The translations under genes were made by a program, and so were the position numbers. From positions 1 to 64,000 of the forward strand of contig PS015010.1 in the NCBI GenBank assembly GCA_048213135.1: a DNA stretch of 64,000 bases, written 5' to 3'. Of the stretch, positions 18,809-28,205 are shown piece by piece (position 1 is the stretch's first letter; each line of letters begins with the position of its first letter). Source of the stretch: Reclinomonas americana ATCC 50394. Taxonomy: Eukaryota. The notes under the pieces are model-generated. The model searched no databases, was not told the DNA's origin, and saw nothing but the letters and a program-made list of their open reading frames with translations.

Positions 18809-21800
18809 TGAATGCGATCATCCCATTAAATGTAGCTGCAGTTCGGGTAAGCCCGACCGATAGCAGCAATGTGGTACGACAGTTCAAAGGCCGTGTGGCA
18901 CTTTTTGAGAATATACCATATACGGAAGAATCCAAACGCACCAGTACCGGCGACTCCATCGTACAGCGGCTGGAAAGTCCCGATTCTCCAAAGGCCCCGC
19001 TGATGACAGGCATACACCTGCACTGGGAGCTGCCCGATTATTTCCGCAAAGGAACACAGCCCATCGGCAGCAATAATATTGTTTTTCCGCAGGCGCCCAA
19101 CCGCTGGCTGGTGATCCGCTATCTTAATCTGTATAATACGGAGACCAAAAAATGGGAACCCACTTCCACTTTCAGCTGGGTGGTGGAAAGCGATTTCATT
19201 ACACCCGAACAACCGGTAGAGCCCGGTACAGGCAGTACCGTGGTAAGGCGCCCGCTGGTGCCCGTGCCGCTTACGGTAGAGAAGGATGGCGAAGATCAGC
19301 CCTTTGCTTTTATGGGAAGGATGATGAACGCGACAGAGTGGCCAAATAAAAAAGCTGGTGACAAATACCTGCCCGATTTTAAAAGCATGACCGGAGATCC
19401 TTATTATCTCAATTCCATTGGTTTTCTTGGTCCCGGCTTCGCTTCTTATTATCCCGATTGCTGCAGCGTATTCGGTTTTATGGATCGCTTTCATGATGTA
19501 CCGGTTATTGCCAACGCGCTGAAAAATGTTCAGCCTATCCAGTTCCGTGCCGCCTACCAGGTGATTGGCTGGATCGAAAATGGGAAAGACCCTTTTGATG
19601 GAATGGATGCTGAAGTAAGAAAACAATACGACGAATACCTGGCAAAATGCCAGTCACAGGGTACCGAGATCACGAAAACACCGGTCGACTTTTTTAATAA
19701 CATCGTGAAGCCATTCAAATGGAACTTTACCAAAGATGCTGTTGTCTGTGAACTCGATAAAGACAAAAAGATCGTAAAACTGGAAGTGCCCGGTAAATCC
19801 ATATGTTCCGGGTTGTTGCAGGAGATCGTATGGAATATGCTGGAAAGTCCCGGCTCCTCCAGCTTTCTTGGTGATCCGTCGAGGCCAACAAGTCCGGGTA
19901 TATGGACAGACGATGAGATCAACTTGTCGATGGGTAATACAGCTATTGAAGCTTTATCCGCGTTACTTAAATATGATAATGGGGATACCGGCAGCGATCC
20001 GGAGCTGCTGAAAAATTATGAATACCTGCTTGATGCCTTACAACTGGGCATCCTGAAAGACCTGGAAAGCCAGGGCAGTAAGATCATCAACCTTGAGGAA
20101 GCATTGCACTCCAATGGTTTCGCCCGTGAACAGGGCGGCCTGTTATGGATGGTGCAACAGAGAAAAAACGACAGTCGTGGTCCGGTTAATCCCGACGCGG
20201 AGATCACCTTGCCATTGAACCTCGCGGAAAAACTGAGTCTCCTCAACCAGGCGCAGAAAAATTATGATACGGCCCGCAGCGCACTGAGCACTATGCGTAA
20301 GCAACTGTTCATGGACTGGTTCCGCTATATCAAAATGTATGCAGGAGGTGAAACTTCGCCGGGCGTGAAGGACGTGAACAAACTGGCCCGGTTCCTCACC
20401 AGAAATGGCGACAGCGCCCTCAGTACGATCAAAGATAAAGGTGCTGAAACCGGCACGCTTCGTTACCAGGTGGCCAAAGACGATTCCGGCGCCGTAACCG
20501 GTGTTGACAAACCAGAAAGCAGTATAACATCACTCGCTTATAAAGTGTACCAGCAACTCGATGAGTTCAGAAAAGAGCTGGCTAAATTTCCGCAGCTGGA
20601 GACCATGGCAGCGCCGGCGCCTTCTTTCTGGCTGCCAACCGATCCCGTGGCCATGATAGAAGGAAAACGTATCCAGCCCGTTCGCCGTAATGGTATTTAT
20701 ACCGATGTAGCCGTAAGGGTGAGCAGCGAATTATTGGGAAGGCTGATGTTCAAATACAAAGGAAGTGAATTTGGTATCGATGGTGCCGGTCTTCCCGGTC
20801 TTCCTGTGATCAACGATAAAATACCCCTGCTCAATGACTTCAGGTTGCTGGTAGCGGAAACGGCATTGCTGATGCCTTCTCTTGCTTCGGTTGTTGCCGA
20901 CGCGGTAAAAGCAAAAGGAGGAAATAACAATCCTGCAACGGACAACTATACTGCTTTTGTTGATGAATTAAAACTGATGCAGGGAGGTGTGAGCCAGCTC
21001 GATAAAGGCGAACCATTAACAGGTTTGTATAAAACGATCCGCGAAGAAAAATACAAACCGGTTGTCAACCCTGTGCAGGAACAGTCAGTACCACTGGCAC
21101 TTAACCTCACATTTACCAACGCCAATCAGAAAGGATGGGCGCCCGACGCCATCAGCTGGAGTACACAAACGCAATACCCGGAGTTCTACAAAAACCGTTA
21201 CGATCCCTTCCTGCCGGTAAGTCTTATCTGGGACCTGAAACTGGAAGGGTTGAAAAGAGATAAGGACGATAACAACTATACCGATAATAACCTCACCGAT
21301 TATTTCAAGCTGGATAAAGATGCTGTTGAATATGAATACCGGCTGAATAAAATGCCTTTCACAACAGGTGCGCCGGTTAAGTATTCCAGTTCGGTGGTGA
21401 TGTCGAAGAAAGCGACATTCAGTCTCGTAAGCCAGATCGACAGCTATTTGGCCAACTATCCTTCCGATCCCGCGGATCCCATCCTGCAAAAAATAGCGGA
21501 TGATTATAAAAAACGGAGGATCATGGCACAAAGCATGAGCGGACTCAGCATTACGCAGCAGTTGCGCTCTTATATTCCGCAGATACCCGTGCAGGACCTT
21601 ACAAAAGGTAAGATAGATACCGTGACCAACGCCATCAGCGCCGCGGCACTCGGTAATAAAGCAGACGGTAACTGGTATGATGCCGCATTCAATTCACAAT
21701 ACCCGCTTATCGCCGGTCCCTTTGGTCCGCTGCGCAGCGGTTTCATGGATGTAACAGCACTGGAAGTAGTGGATGTATTTGGCCAGCGCCTGCAACTGCA

Positions 21801-23088
21801 CACCCGTGAAGAAGGGCCCGGCGGCTCGCTGAAAGTGATTGATGCCATTACCATGTCGCCATTAAAGGATGATAAAGAGAATGCCGGCCGTGTATACCTG
21901 GCACCGCGTGTGCTGTCGCCCGCAAGGCTGTGGTACCGCTGGCTCAGCGCTACGCATAATAAGGAAGTGCCCGGTATTGATAAGGATTTCGTGGAAATGA
22001 ATGCACATCCCGCCACATCGCCGGTATGCGGATGGGTAATGCCCAACCACCTCGACAATAATCTTTTCTTTTATAACGCCAACGGATCGGCTATCGGTTC
22101 TTTTGGTGTGGAGCATGGTGACCTGAAATACCGTACACGTCCGGGTAATATTCTGAACCCGTCTGAGTCGCTGGAAAATGATATCGGCCCGCAGGGATCA
22201 CCATTGCCGGGAATCAATATTCATGTGGCCAATTTCATGTGGTACATCAAACTAAGGAGTGGCGAAGGAACAGGCAATGGGGCCTTCCTGAAAGATATGA
22301 TGCAGGCCATCCTCAACAGCGATGAATTCATTAACCCGGCCAATTTCGCACAGGACCCTTCACTTGCTGTACTCGTTGGCCGGCCGCTGGCCATTGCCCG
22401 CAGCGTAGTATCGATGGAAACAGCGGGCAACCTGCTGCCCTTGAGCCAGGCAGATAAAAAAGCAACCGATCCCTGGCCTTCGGATGTCAACGCCAATCGG
22501 TATAAATATCCCGAACGTATGGAGACCAGCGCCGCCAGTTTGCAGAAAGTAAAATTCCCTTTACGCCTGGGCGACCTGGCTAATATCGATGACGGCCTGG
22601 TGGGCTTCATCATTGAAAAAGCAGGGAACGATCCATACGCCGGTGCTACTTTTTATGCACCGGCAGCCAAAGTGCAGGAGGACAAAGGTGTGAAACCACC
22701 GGAACCGGATACGCTGCAACTCACGCTGAACGCGGCACCCATAACACTCACCTTCCTTATGGATCCGCGTGCGGTGGTGCATGCCACTACGGGCGTGCTT
22801 CCCGTAGAAGAGCTGGGCATACCTGCCGATCAGTACGCAGAAGTGCTTGCCAACCTGCAGGCCACTTTCTTTACCATGCCGGTATTGCAAAAGAAGAATG
22901 GCCTTGTTGTGGCGCTGCCTTCGCAGAGCGGCTATGTATGGAGCTGGGTCAACCCGGGTGAAGGTGCTGATATCGCGTTACAACCTAACGCGTCTAACAG
23001 CAATGCCGACTGGGGTTATTCACCGCAAACGGTAATTGAAGGATGGCTGAGACTTACACCTGATCCTGACCCGCCGCCAAAATCATGA
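18808..23088 (+). CDS. Large conserved hypothetical protein (1426 aa) of the cluster
   Basis: TAATG overlap with upstream gene; motifs GIHLHWELP, PNRWLV, WVVESD, VVDVFGQ, SPVCGW, GRPLA, DDGLVG, VHATTGVLP; central helical/coiled-coil-like stretch. Confidence 0.8.
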   Translation: MNAIIPLNVAAVRVSPTDSSNVVRQFKGRVALFENIPYTEESKRTSTGDSIVQRLESPDSPKAPLMTGIHLHWELPDYFRKGTQPIGSNNIVFPQAPNRWLVIRYLNLYNTETKKWEPTSTFSWVVESDFITPEQPVEPGTGSTVVRRPLVPVPLTVEKDGEDQPFAFMGRMMNATEWPNKKAGDKYLPDFKSMTGDPYYLNSIGFLGPGFASYYPDCCSVFGFMDRFHDVPVIANALKNVQPIQFRAAYQVIGWIENGKDPFDGMDAEVRKQYDEYLAKCQSQGTEITKTPVDFFNNIVKPFKWNFTKDAVVCELDKDKKIVKLEVPGKSICSGLLQEIVWNMLESPGSSSFLGDPSRPTSPGIWTDDEINLSMGNTAIEALSALLKYDNGDTGSDPELLKNYEYLLDALQLGILKDLESQGSKIINLEEALHSNGFAREQGGLLWMVQQRKNDSRGPVNPDAEITLPLNLAEKLSLLNQAQKNYDTARSALSTMRKQLFMDWFRYIKMYAGGETSPGVKDVNKLARFLTRNGDSALSTIKDKGAETGTLRYQVAKDDSGAVTGVDKPESSITSLAYKVYQQLDEFRKELAKFPQLETMAAPAPSFWLPTDPVAMIEGKRIQPVRRNGIYTDVAVRVSSELLGRLMFKYKGSEFGIDGAGLPGLPVINDKIPLLNDFRLLVAETALLMPSLASVVADAVKAKGGNNNPATDNYTAFVDELKLMQGGVSQLDKGEPLTGLYKTIREEKYKPVVNPVQEQSVPLALNLTFTNANQKGWAPDAISWSTQTQYPEFYKNRYDPFLPVSLIWDLKLEGLKRDKDDNNYTDNNLTDYFKLDKDAVEYEYRLNKMPFTTGAPVKYSSSVVMSKKATFSLVSQIDSYLANYPSDPADPILQKIADDYKKRRIMAQSMSGLSITQQLRSYIPQIPVQDLTKGKIDTVTNAISAAALGNKADGNWYDAAFNSQYPLIAGPFGPLRSGFMDVTALEVVDVFGQRLQLHTREEGPGGSLKVIDAITMSPLKDDKENAGRVYLAPRVLSPARLWYRWLSATHNKEVPGIDKDFVEMNAHPATSPVCGWVMPNHLDNNLFFYNANGSAIGSFGVEHGDLKYRTRPGNILNPSESLENDIGPQGSPLPGINIHVANFMWYIKLRSGEGTGNGAFLKDMMQAILNSDEFINPANFAQDPSLAVLVGRPLAIARSVVSMETAGNLLPLSQADKKATDPWPSDVNANRYKYPERMETSAASLQKVKFPLRLGDLANIDDGLVGFIIEKAGNDPYAGATFYAPAAKVQEDKGVKPPEPDTLQLTLNAAPITLTFLMDPRAVVHATTGVLPVEELGIPADQYAEVLANLQATFFTMPVLQKKNGLVVALPSQSGYVWSWVNPGEGADIALQPNASNSNADWGYSPQTVIEGWLRLTPDPDPPPKS

Positions 23089-23143
23089 TCCATTAATCCA
23101 TAATTCATAACTCATCATTCCTAATTCATAACACCTCTACGGT

Positions 23144-24949
23144 ATGAAGCTTCAAAAATACCTCGCCAATGATGATGGCGGCATCGATCTTTCGGTGCTT
23201 AATCCTGCAGGCAAGCCAGAAATATATACGCATGTTGCGCCGGTTACTTTATCGGTAAAACTCACCAACTTCACTGCCAGTACCATATTGCTTGAGAGCG
23301 GGGCAGTGGCATCCACCTTCCGGGTATTCTTCCCTTCCTTCTTCACTAAGGATGATATAGGAAATATGAAAATATCGGTTAAGGACTGGACTTTCACCAA
23401 TGAGGGGAAGAAAGACGGGCTGGTTCTCAAATACAGCGGCGCCACAGCCGGAAGCTGGAACTATGGCGATGATATTGACTTCGATATCACAGGCGTTGCC
23501 ACTTCGGCGCAACCCAATTCCGGATCGGTGCAGGTGAACTTCGAGAATTTCGGTGTGGGTATGGTCGATCAGCAAACCACGCCGTTCAGCGTTACCAACG
23601 AACCGGTAAAAGGTAATCCCGATTTGGCCAAAGTATTGCAGGTATCACTCGACAGCCAGGGAGAAGTATTTGTATCACCTACCAAAGATCCGATCCGTAA
23701 CAGCATCTTCCTCAATATTAAAAATATAGGCGACGATAAAATTTACACAGACCAGGAGATGTGGAAAGAAGCGCCTACTATTTCCGTTGTATTCGTTTAT
23801 GGGCGCTCATCGGGAAGTCTTGCTTTCGACGACCTGGATAAAAAAACCGAAACAGGTTCAGCCTGGAACATAGAGGCGAACATCCCTTATGGCCCGCCGG
23901 ATTATTTATGGGATACGGAAAATCCGAAAGACAAAGAGAACCTGGAACACCCGGTATGGATACTGAAACCCAATAAACTCAACCAGGGTATACTGGGTAC
24001 AGGAAAAGATTCCAACATCACTTTCGCCTTTGATAAGATCATCTCCTTCACACCCCCGGGACATACACAGATGCTGATCACTTTTAATGGTTTCCGGAAA
24101 GATAAAAAAACACCGTACAATAACCCGGTGTATGTGCTGGACATAGTGAAGCAGTATGCGCCGCCTACCCGAGGTATGGTTAATTTTTTCAGCAGCACAC
24201 CGGTGATCACTGTAGCCGAGGCCAATAAATCCATTACCGTTCCGCTGCGCTGGGCCATGTTCGAAGTGCCCCGCATTAAAATACTGACCAGCTACGAAGG
24301 GGTGCTTGCTTATGATAAACCTTATAACGACAGCCCGATCGTAAATTATGACAGTAAGGACATTGTTATTCCCGGGGTAACACAAAGTTCATCCGTGATC
24401 TTTACGGCACAGGCATACAATAACAATGATGGCTATCTCAACAGTATGCAGTTCACTGTTTTTATACAGGCCACCATGTTCTTTGATCCGAGGGATGGGA
24501 AAACCTATCCTATTGTTCGGGTTGGCAACCGCCTGTGGGTGGCCGCCAATATTGATTATGACTCGGATGATTCCAGGCTGAACGGACCTGAAGATGAGTA
24601 TGGCCGTCTTTACACGTATAAAGATGCATTGCCAACAGGTATTCACAGCGGATGGCGTTTGCCGAACAAGGACGATTGGGAAGACCTGATCAAAAGACAA
24701 AATTATGACCAGCTTATTAAGGGAGGCACAAGTGGTTTCAACGCGGTGCTCAATGGCTGGCGTGATGATCATGGCAGTGAATCGGGCTTCGACGAATCCG
24801 GAACCTACTGGTCATCCAAACACGATGGAGCGGGATTGAACTATGTTAAGTTCAGCAAAGTTTCTAAAAGTGTATTCTATGTAGATGGAAGCGACAGCAT
24901 TCCCCCGGATTTTTATTTGTCTGTCCGTTATGTAAAAGATATCAGCTAA
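23144..24949 (+). CDS. Protein with unknown beta-rich N-terminus and C-terminal FISUMP (Fibrobacter succinogenes major paralogous) domain
   Basis: DPRDGKTYPIVRVGNRLWVAAN, YGRLYT, GWRLP..DDW, GFNA, YWSS, SVRYVKD; no signal peptide or lipobox. Confidence 0.8.
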   Translation: MKLQKYLANDDGGIDLSVLNPAGKPEIYTHVAPVTLSVKLTNFTASTILLESGAVASTFRVFFPSFFTKDDIGNMKISVKDWTFTNEGKKDGLVLKYSGATAGSWNYGDDIDFDITGVATSAQPNSGSVQVNFENFGVGMVDQQTTPFSVTNEPVKGNPDLAKVLQVSLDSQGEVFVSPTKDPIRNSIFLNIKNIGDDKIYTDQEMWKEAPTISVVFVYGRSSGSLAFDDLDKKTETGSAWNIEANIPYGPPDYLWDTENPKDKENLEHPVWILKPNKLNQGILGTGKDSNITFAFDKIISFTPPGHTQMLITFNGFRKDKKTPYNNPVYVLDIVKQYAPPTRGMVNFFSSTPVITVAEANKSITVPLRWAMFEVPRIKILTSYEGVLAYDKPYNDSPIVNYDSKDIVIPGVTQSSSVIFTAQAYNNNDGYLNSMQFTVFIQATMFFDPRDGKTYPIVRVGNRLWVAANIDYDSDDSRLNGPEDEYGRLYTYKDALPTGIHSGWRLPNKDDWEDLIKRQNYDQLIKGGTSGFNAVLNGWRDDHGSESGFDESGTYWSSKHDGAGLNYVKFSKVSKSVFYVDGSDSIPPDFYLSVRYVKDIS

Positions 24950-24961
24950 AAAAATAACACC

Positions 24962-26836
24962 TTGGCACAATTCAAAACGATATGCCTCTGTATGATGGTG
25001 CGCAATGAAGCCTCCGTCATCAGGAGAGCACTGGAATCCGTAATGAGCATCATCGACTACTGGATCATTTGCGATACCGGTTCTGAAGATGATACCCGTG
25101 ACATCATCAGGGATACATTGAAAGATATACCCGGTGAATTGCATGAAGTACCCTGGATCAATTTCGGGCACAACCGCACACAGGTGATACAGCTGGCTTC
25201 CGGCAAAGCAGACTATATCCTGATCATGGATGCGGATATGACAGCTAATGTACATGCGCCTTTCAAACACCTGCTCACAGCCGACGCCTACGAGATACGT
25301 TATGAAGGCAATGATTCCTATACGCAACGAATGCTGGTATCAGCCGCTATTCCCTGGCGCTTTGTAGGCGTTACGCATGAATATATCGACAGCGACGAAC
25401 TGCAAACCGTTGACTGGTTGCCTGCACTCTCCCTTACCCATTTTGGCGATGGTGGTATGCGCAGCAACAAGTTTGAACGCGATATCCGTTTATTATCCGA
25501 AGCATTACAAACCGATCCCGGTAATGCCCGCTATATTTTTTATCTCGCCCAGTCATATAAAGACCTGCGCCGCTATGAAGAAGCGCTGCCCTGGTTCCGC
25601 GAAAGGGCCGCCATGGAAGATTCATGGGATGAAGAAAGGTGGTTTGCCCAAAAACAGGTAGGCCGTATGATGCTGCGCTGCAACCACGATTGGAAAGAAA
25701 CCTACCGTGAGCTGATGGAAGCATATCGAATGCGTCCCTGGCGGCTGGAACCCCTTCATCTTATTGTGCAGCAGTTAAGGATACGGCAGGAATATGAACA
25801 GGGTTACCGGCTCGCGGCTTTCATTGCCCAGGGTATTGAATTCCCGTCACAGGAAATTTTGTTCATCGACAAACCGGTATATGATTACCTGCTGTTGCTG
25901 GAATACGGCGTTTGTGCCATGGGAACCGGGCGTGCAACGGAAGCGCTTGCAGCCTTCAATAAAATACTGGAGCGGGATGACCTGCCCGAAGATGTGGAAG
26001 CATCAGCCAGGCGTGGAAGAAAAATTGCATTGGAACATCTGTACCCCCAAAACGATGAACAGGGCGAAAAGAACCGCATTGTTGTACTGTCTGTTGTAAA
26101 GCAGGCAGGAGAAAGGTTGCAGGAACATGTGCAGTCGCTGCAGGAGCAGGATCATGATAATTTTCATATTGTATTTGTATACGACGGGCAGTTGGATGTT
26201 TCGGTATTACCAATGGAAGATGACCGCGTTACTTTATTACCCTACCAGGCCAGGGAGGGTGCTGCGGCAGGTATACACGAAGCCGTCACAGATTATTGCG
26301 CACCCGGCGATGTCGTTATACTCACAGATGCGGAAGATGTGTTGCTGCATGAAAAAGTATTGTCGCAAATTGATGCACTCTACCGTGGACATGATTGCTG
26401 GGTGTTGTGCGGACAATACATGTATAAAGACGGCAGGTATGGTAAAGCTGGTCCAGTTACAGGAGAGGCAGCGTTGCGGGAAGAAAGAAAACTGCCACAG
26501 GTAAGCCACAGTAACAGTTTCAGGGCAGGGCTGTATCAGGTAATTGCCAATGCCGATGAACAATATGATTGCTTAAAAGATGATGAAGGACATTGGTTCA
26601 AAGGCGCACCGGTTACCGCACTGATGACCTGTTTGTATGAACTGGCTGGAACTGAAAGACTCCGGTATACCGAAGAAGCCTGGCTGCAGCGCAACAGCAA
26701 CGATGAAGACGCGCCGGACTGGCTTACAGCGGCACAACGTAAGAATAACCTCAGTTCGATTGCCGGGAAACGGCCTTTCGCGGCTTTGAAGGACTACAAC
26801 AGTATGACTGAAAAAGAAATGCTTTCTGTTAATTAA
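24962..26836 (+). CDS. GT2 glycosyltransferase with TPR region and second degenerate GT-A-like domain
   Basis: ICLCMMVRNE, DTGSEDDT, NFGHNR, MDAD (DxD), THE; TPR-like helices (RYIFYLAQSY); C-terminal RIVVLS..YC.PGDVVIL domain; TTG start. Confidence 0.8.
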   Translation: MAQFKTICLCMMVRNEASVIRRALESVMSIIDYWIICDTGSEDDTRDIIRDTLKDIPGELHEVPWINFGHNRTQVIQLASGKADYILIMDADMTANVHAPFKHLLTADAYEIRYEGNDSYTQRMLVSAAIPWRFVGVTHEYIDSDELQTVDWLPALSLTHFGDGGMRSNKFERDIRLLSEALQTDPGNARYIFYLAQSYKDLRRYEEALPWFRERAAMEDSWDEERWFAQKQVGRMMLRCNHDWKETYRELMEAYRMRPWRLEPLHLIVQQLRIRQEYEQGYRLAAFIAQGIEFPSQEILFIDKPVYDYLLLLEYGVCAMGTGRATEALAAFNKILERDDLPEDVEASARRGRKIALEHLYPQNDEQGEKNRIVVLSVVKQAGERLQEHVQSLQEQDHDNFHIVFVYDGQLDVSVLPMEDDRVTLLPYQAREGAAAGIHEAVTDYCAPGDVVILTDAEDVLLHEKVLSQIDALYRGHDCWVLCGQYMYKDGRYGKAGPVTGEAALREERKLPQVSHSNSFRAGLYQVIANADEQYDCLKDDEGHWFKGAPVTALMTCLYELAGTERLRYTEEAWLQRNSNDEDAPDWLTAAQRKNNLSSIAGKRPFAALKDYNSMTEKEMLSVN

Positions 26837-26851
26837 TAAATCACTGCTGCT

Positions 26852-28144
26852 ATGGAAACAACAGGAAAAATATTTTATGACAAAGCAAGACTGCTTGGTC
26901 ATGATACCGATGCACTCGCCCTGGGCGAAGAAATAACCACCTATTTCCGGTTTGATACCATGGAAGATTGCAGGCGACTGATCTCCATGGCAACACAGGA
27001 ACAGCGGGAAAAACGCCAGGAACATTTTTATAACCCGCCCATAGCTGCAAGACAGCGGCTGGGACAAGGTATGCACGACAGGGGAGAGGCGGCCCTTTTC
27101 GCCAATGGCACTATACCCGATGGTGACAGGCAGGGCATCGGTAATCACCTGCCCGGAAGAATGAAAGCTGTAAGTGTGCTGAAGAAAACACTGCGTTCCG
27201 GTGAAGTATGGGACGTAAGTGTAAGAGGCGAGCATTGGGGTATTGATGATCTTGAAGAATTATACGTAACCGTGAATGTTGGTGAACTCATTATTGAACC
27301 CGGTGCCAGCATCATCATTCGTGGCAATGTTTTTTCATTGTGCTGCGAACGGCTTACCTGTAAAGCCGAAGCTCCTTTTGGCGCTTATCACATCGGCATA
27401 TTGCCAACTCCCTTTTCCGTTGATGCGAGGGAAGGCGATCTGGATGGTGGCAACGGAACAGACGGATGGGATGGACACAACGGCCGTGATGGTCATCCTG
27501 TGCAGGTAAGCAGCAGTCTCATCGGTTATATGCTGGTGGATGATATTGACCCCGCCATGATGAATGGTATTGACGGTACACCCGGTACGGCTGCAACAGC
27601 AGGCATCGATGGACGCAATGGCGGCATGTGCAAGATCGCCGAGATAAGTGTTTATGACCTGCAGGGACCCTGTACGGTTTTTTCTCAGGCAGGCAGGGGA
27701 GGCAATGGAGGCAATGGAGGTAACGGCGGTCATGGCGGACATGGCGGTAACGGCACGGAAGGATATAAACTCGTAACCGGTGTATTGTCTTCCGGAGCCG
27801 GTGGCAATGGCGGTAACGGTGGCGACGCCGGTAAAGGTGGTCATGCCGGGCATGGTGGTGTTGCCTCCAACATATATGTATCTGTTCCCGTACACCAGGA
27901 AGAACAGGTGACCTGTGTGGCCTGGCCATCGGCAGGAGGAAGTGCCGGCAAAGCAGGAAAACCCGGCAGTGGTGGTAAAGGCGGCGATGGTGGTAACGGG
28001 TTTACAAAAGGAATAATGGGGCAGGATGGAAAAAATGGCGCAGAAGCGAAAGATGGTAAAGAAGGCCGTGACCGTCCCGCACCATGGATATTTCTTAATG
28101 AGAAAGCCATGACAGGCGTAACTGCCGCCGAACTACAATCGTAA
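26852..28144 (+). CDS. Glycine-rich (GGx/Gxx repeat) protein, paralog 1
   Basis: Three Gly-periodic blocks (e.g. GRGGNGGNGGNGGHGGHGGNG) separated by short beta-like segments. Confidence 0.8.
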   Translation: METTGKIFYDKARLLGHDTDALALGEEITTYFRFDTMEDCRRLISMATQEQREKRQEHFYNPPIAARQRLGQGMHDRGEAALFANGTIPDGDRQGIGNHLPGRMKAVSVLKKTLRSGEVWDVSVRGEHWGIDDLEELYVTVNVGELIIEPGASIIIRGNVFSLCCERLTCKAEAPFGAYHIGILPTPFSVDAREGDLDGGNGTDGWDGHNGRDGHPVQVSSSLIGYMLVDDIDPAMMNGIDGTPGTAATAGIDGRNGGMCKIAEISVYDLQGPCTVFSQAGRGGNGGNGGNGGHGGHGGNGTEGYKLVTGVLSSGAGGNGGNGGDAGKGGHAGHGGVASNIYVSVPVHQEEQVTCVAWPSAGGSAGKAGKPGSGGKGGDGGNGFTKGIMGQDGKNGAEAKDGKEGRDRPAPWIFLNEKAMTGVTAAELQS

Positions 28145-28205
28145 GGAATAGCGTTGCAACAACGTACCTGAATAAAACAATTTTCTAAACCTAAATCGAA
28201 ACTCA

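Noticed and set aside
23089-23135. Short TCATAA-like repeats between core genes
   Set aside because: Low-complexity degenerate spacer; no structure or function could be supported
11584-24949. Known contractile injection system, T6SS, Tc toxin or prophage
   Set aside because: No recognisable sheath, tube, baseplate, VgrG/PAAR, Rhs/YD, terminase or integrase motifs; remote structural similarity cannot be excluded by eye
24940-26860. In-frame junctions FISUMP/GT2 and GT2/Gly-rich as read-through fusions
   Set aside because: FISUMP ends at its normal SVR.VKD terminus and the second junction has two consecutive stops; shared frame is expected by chance
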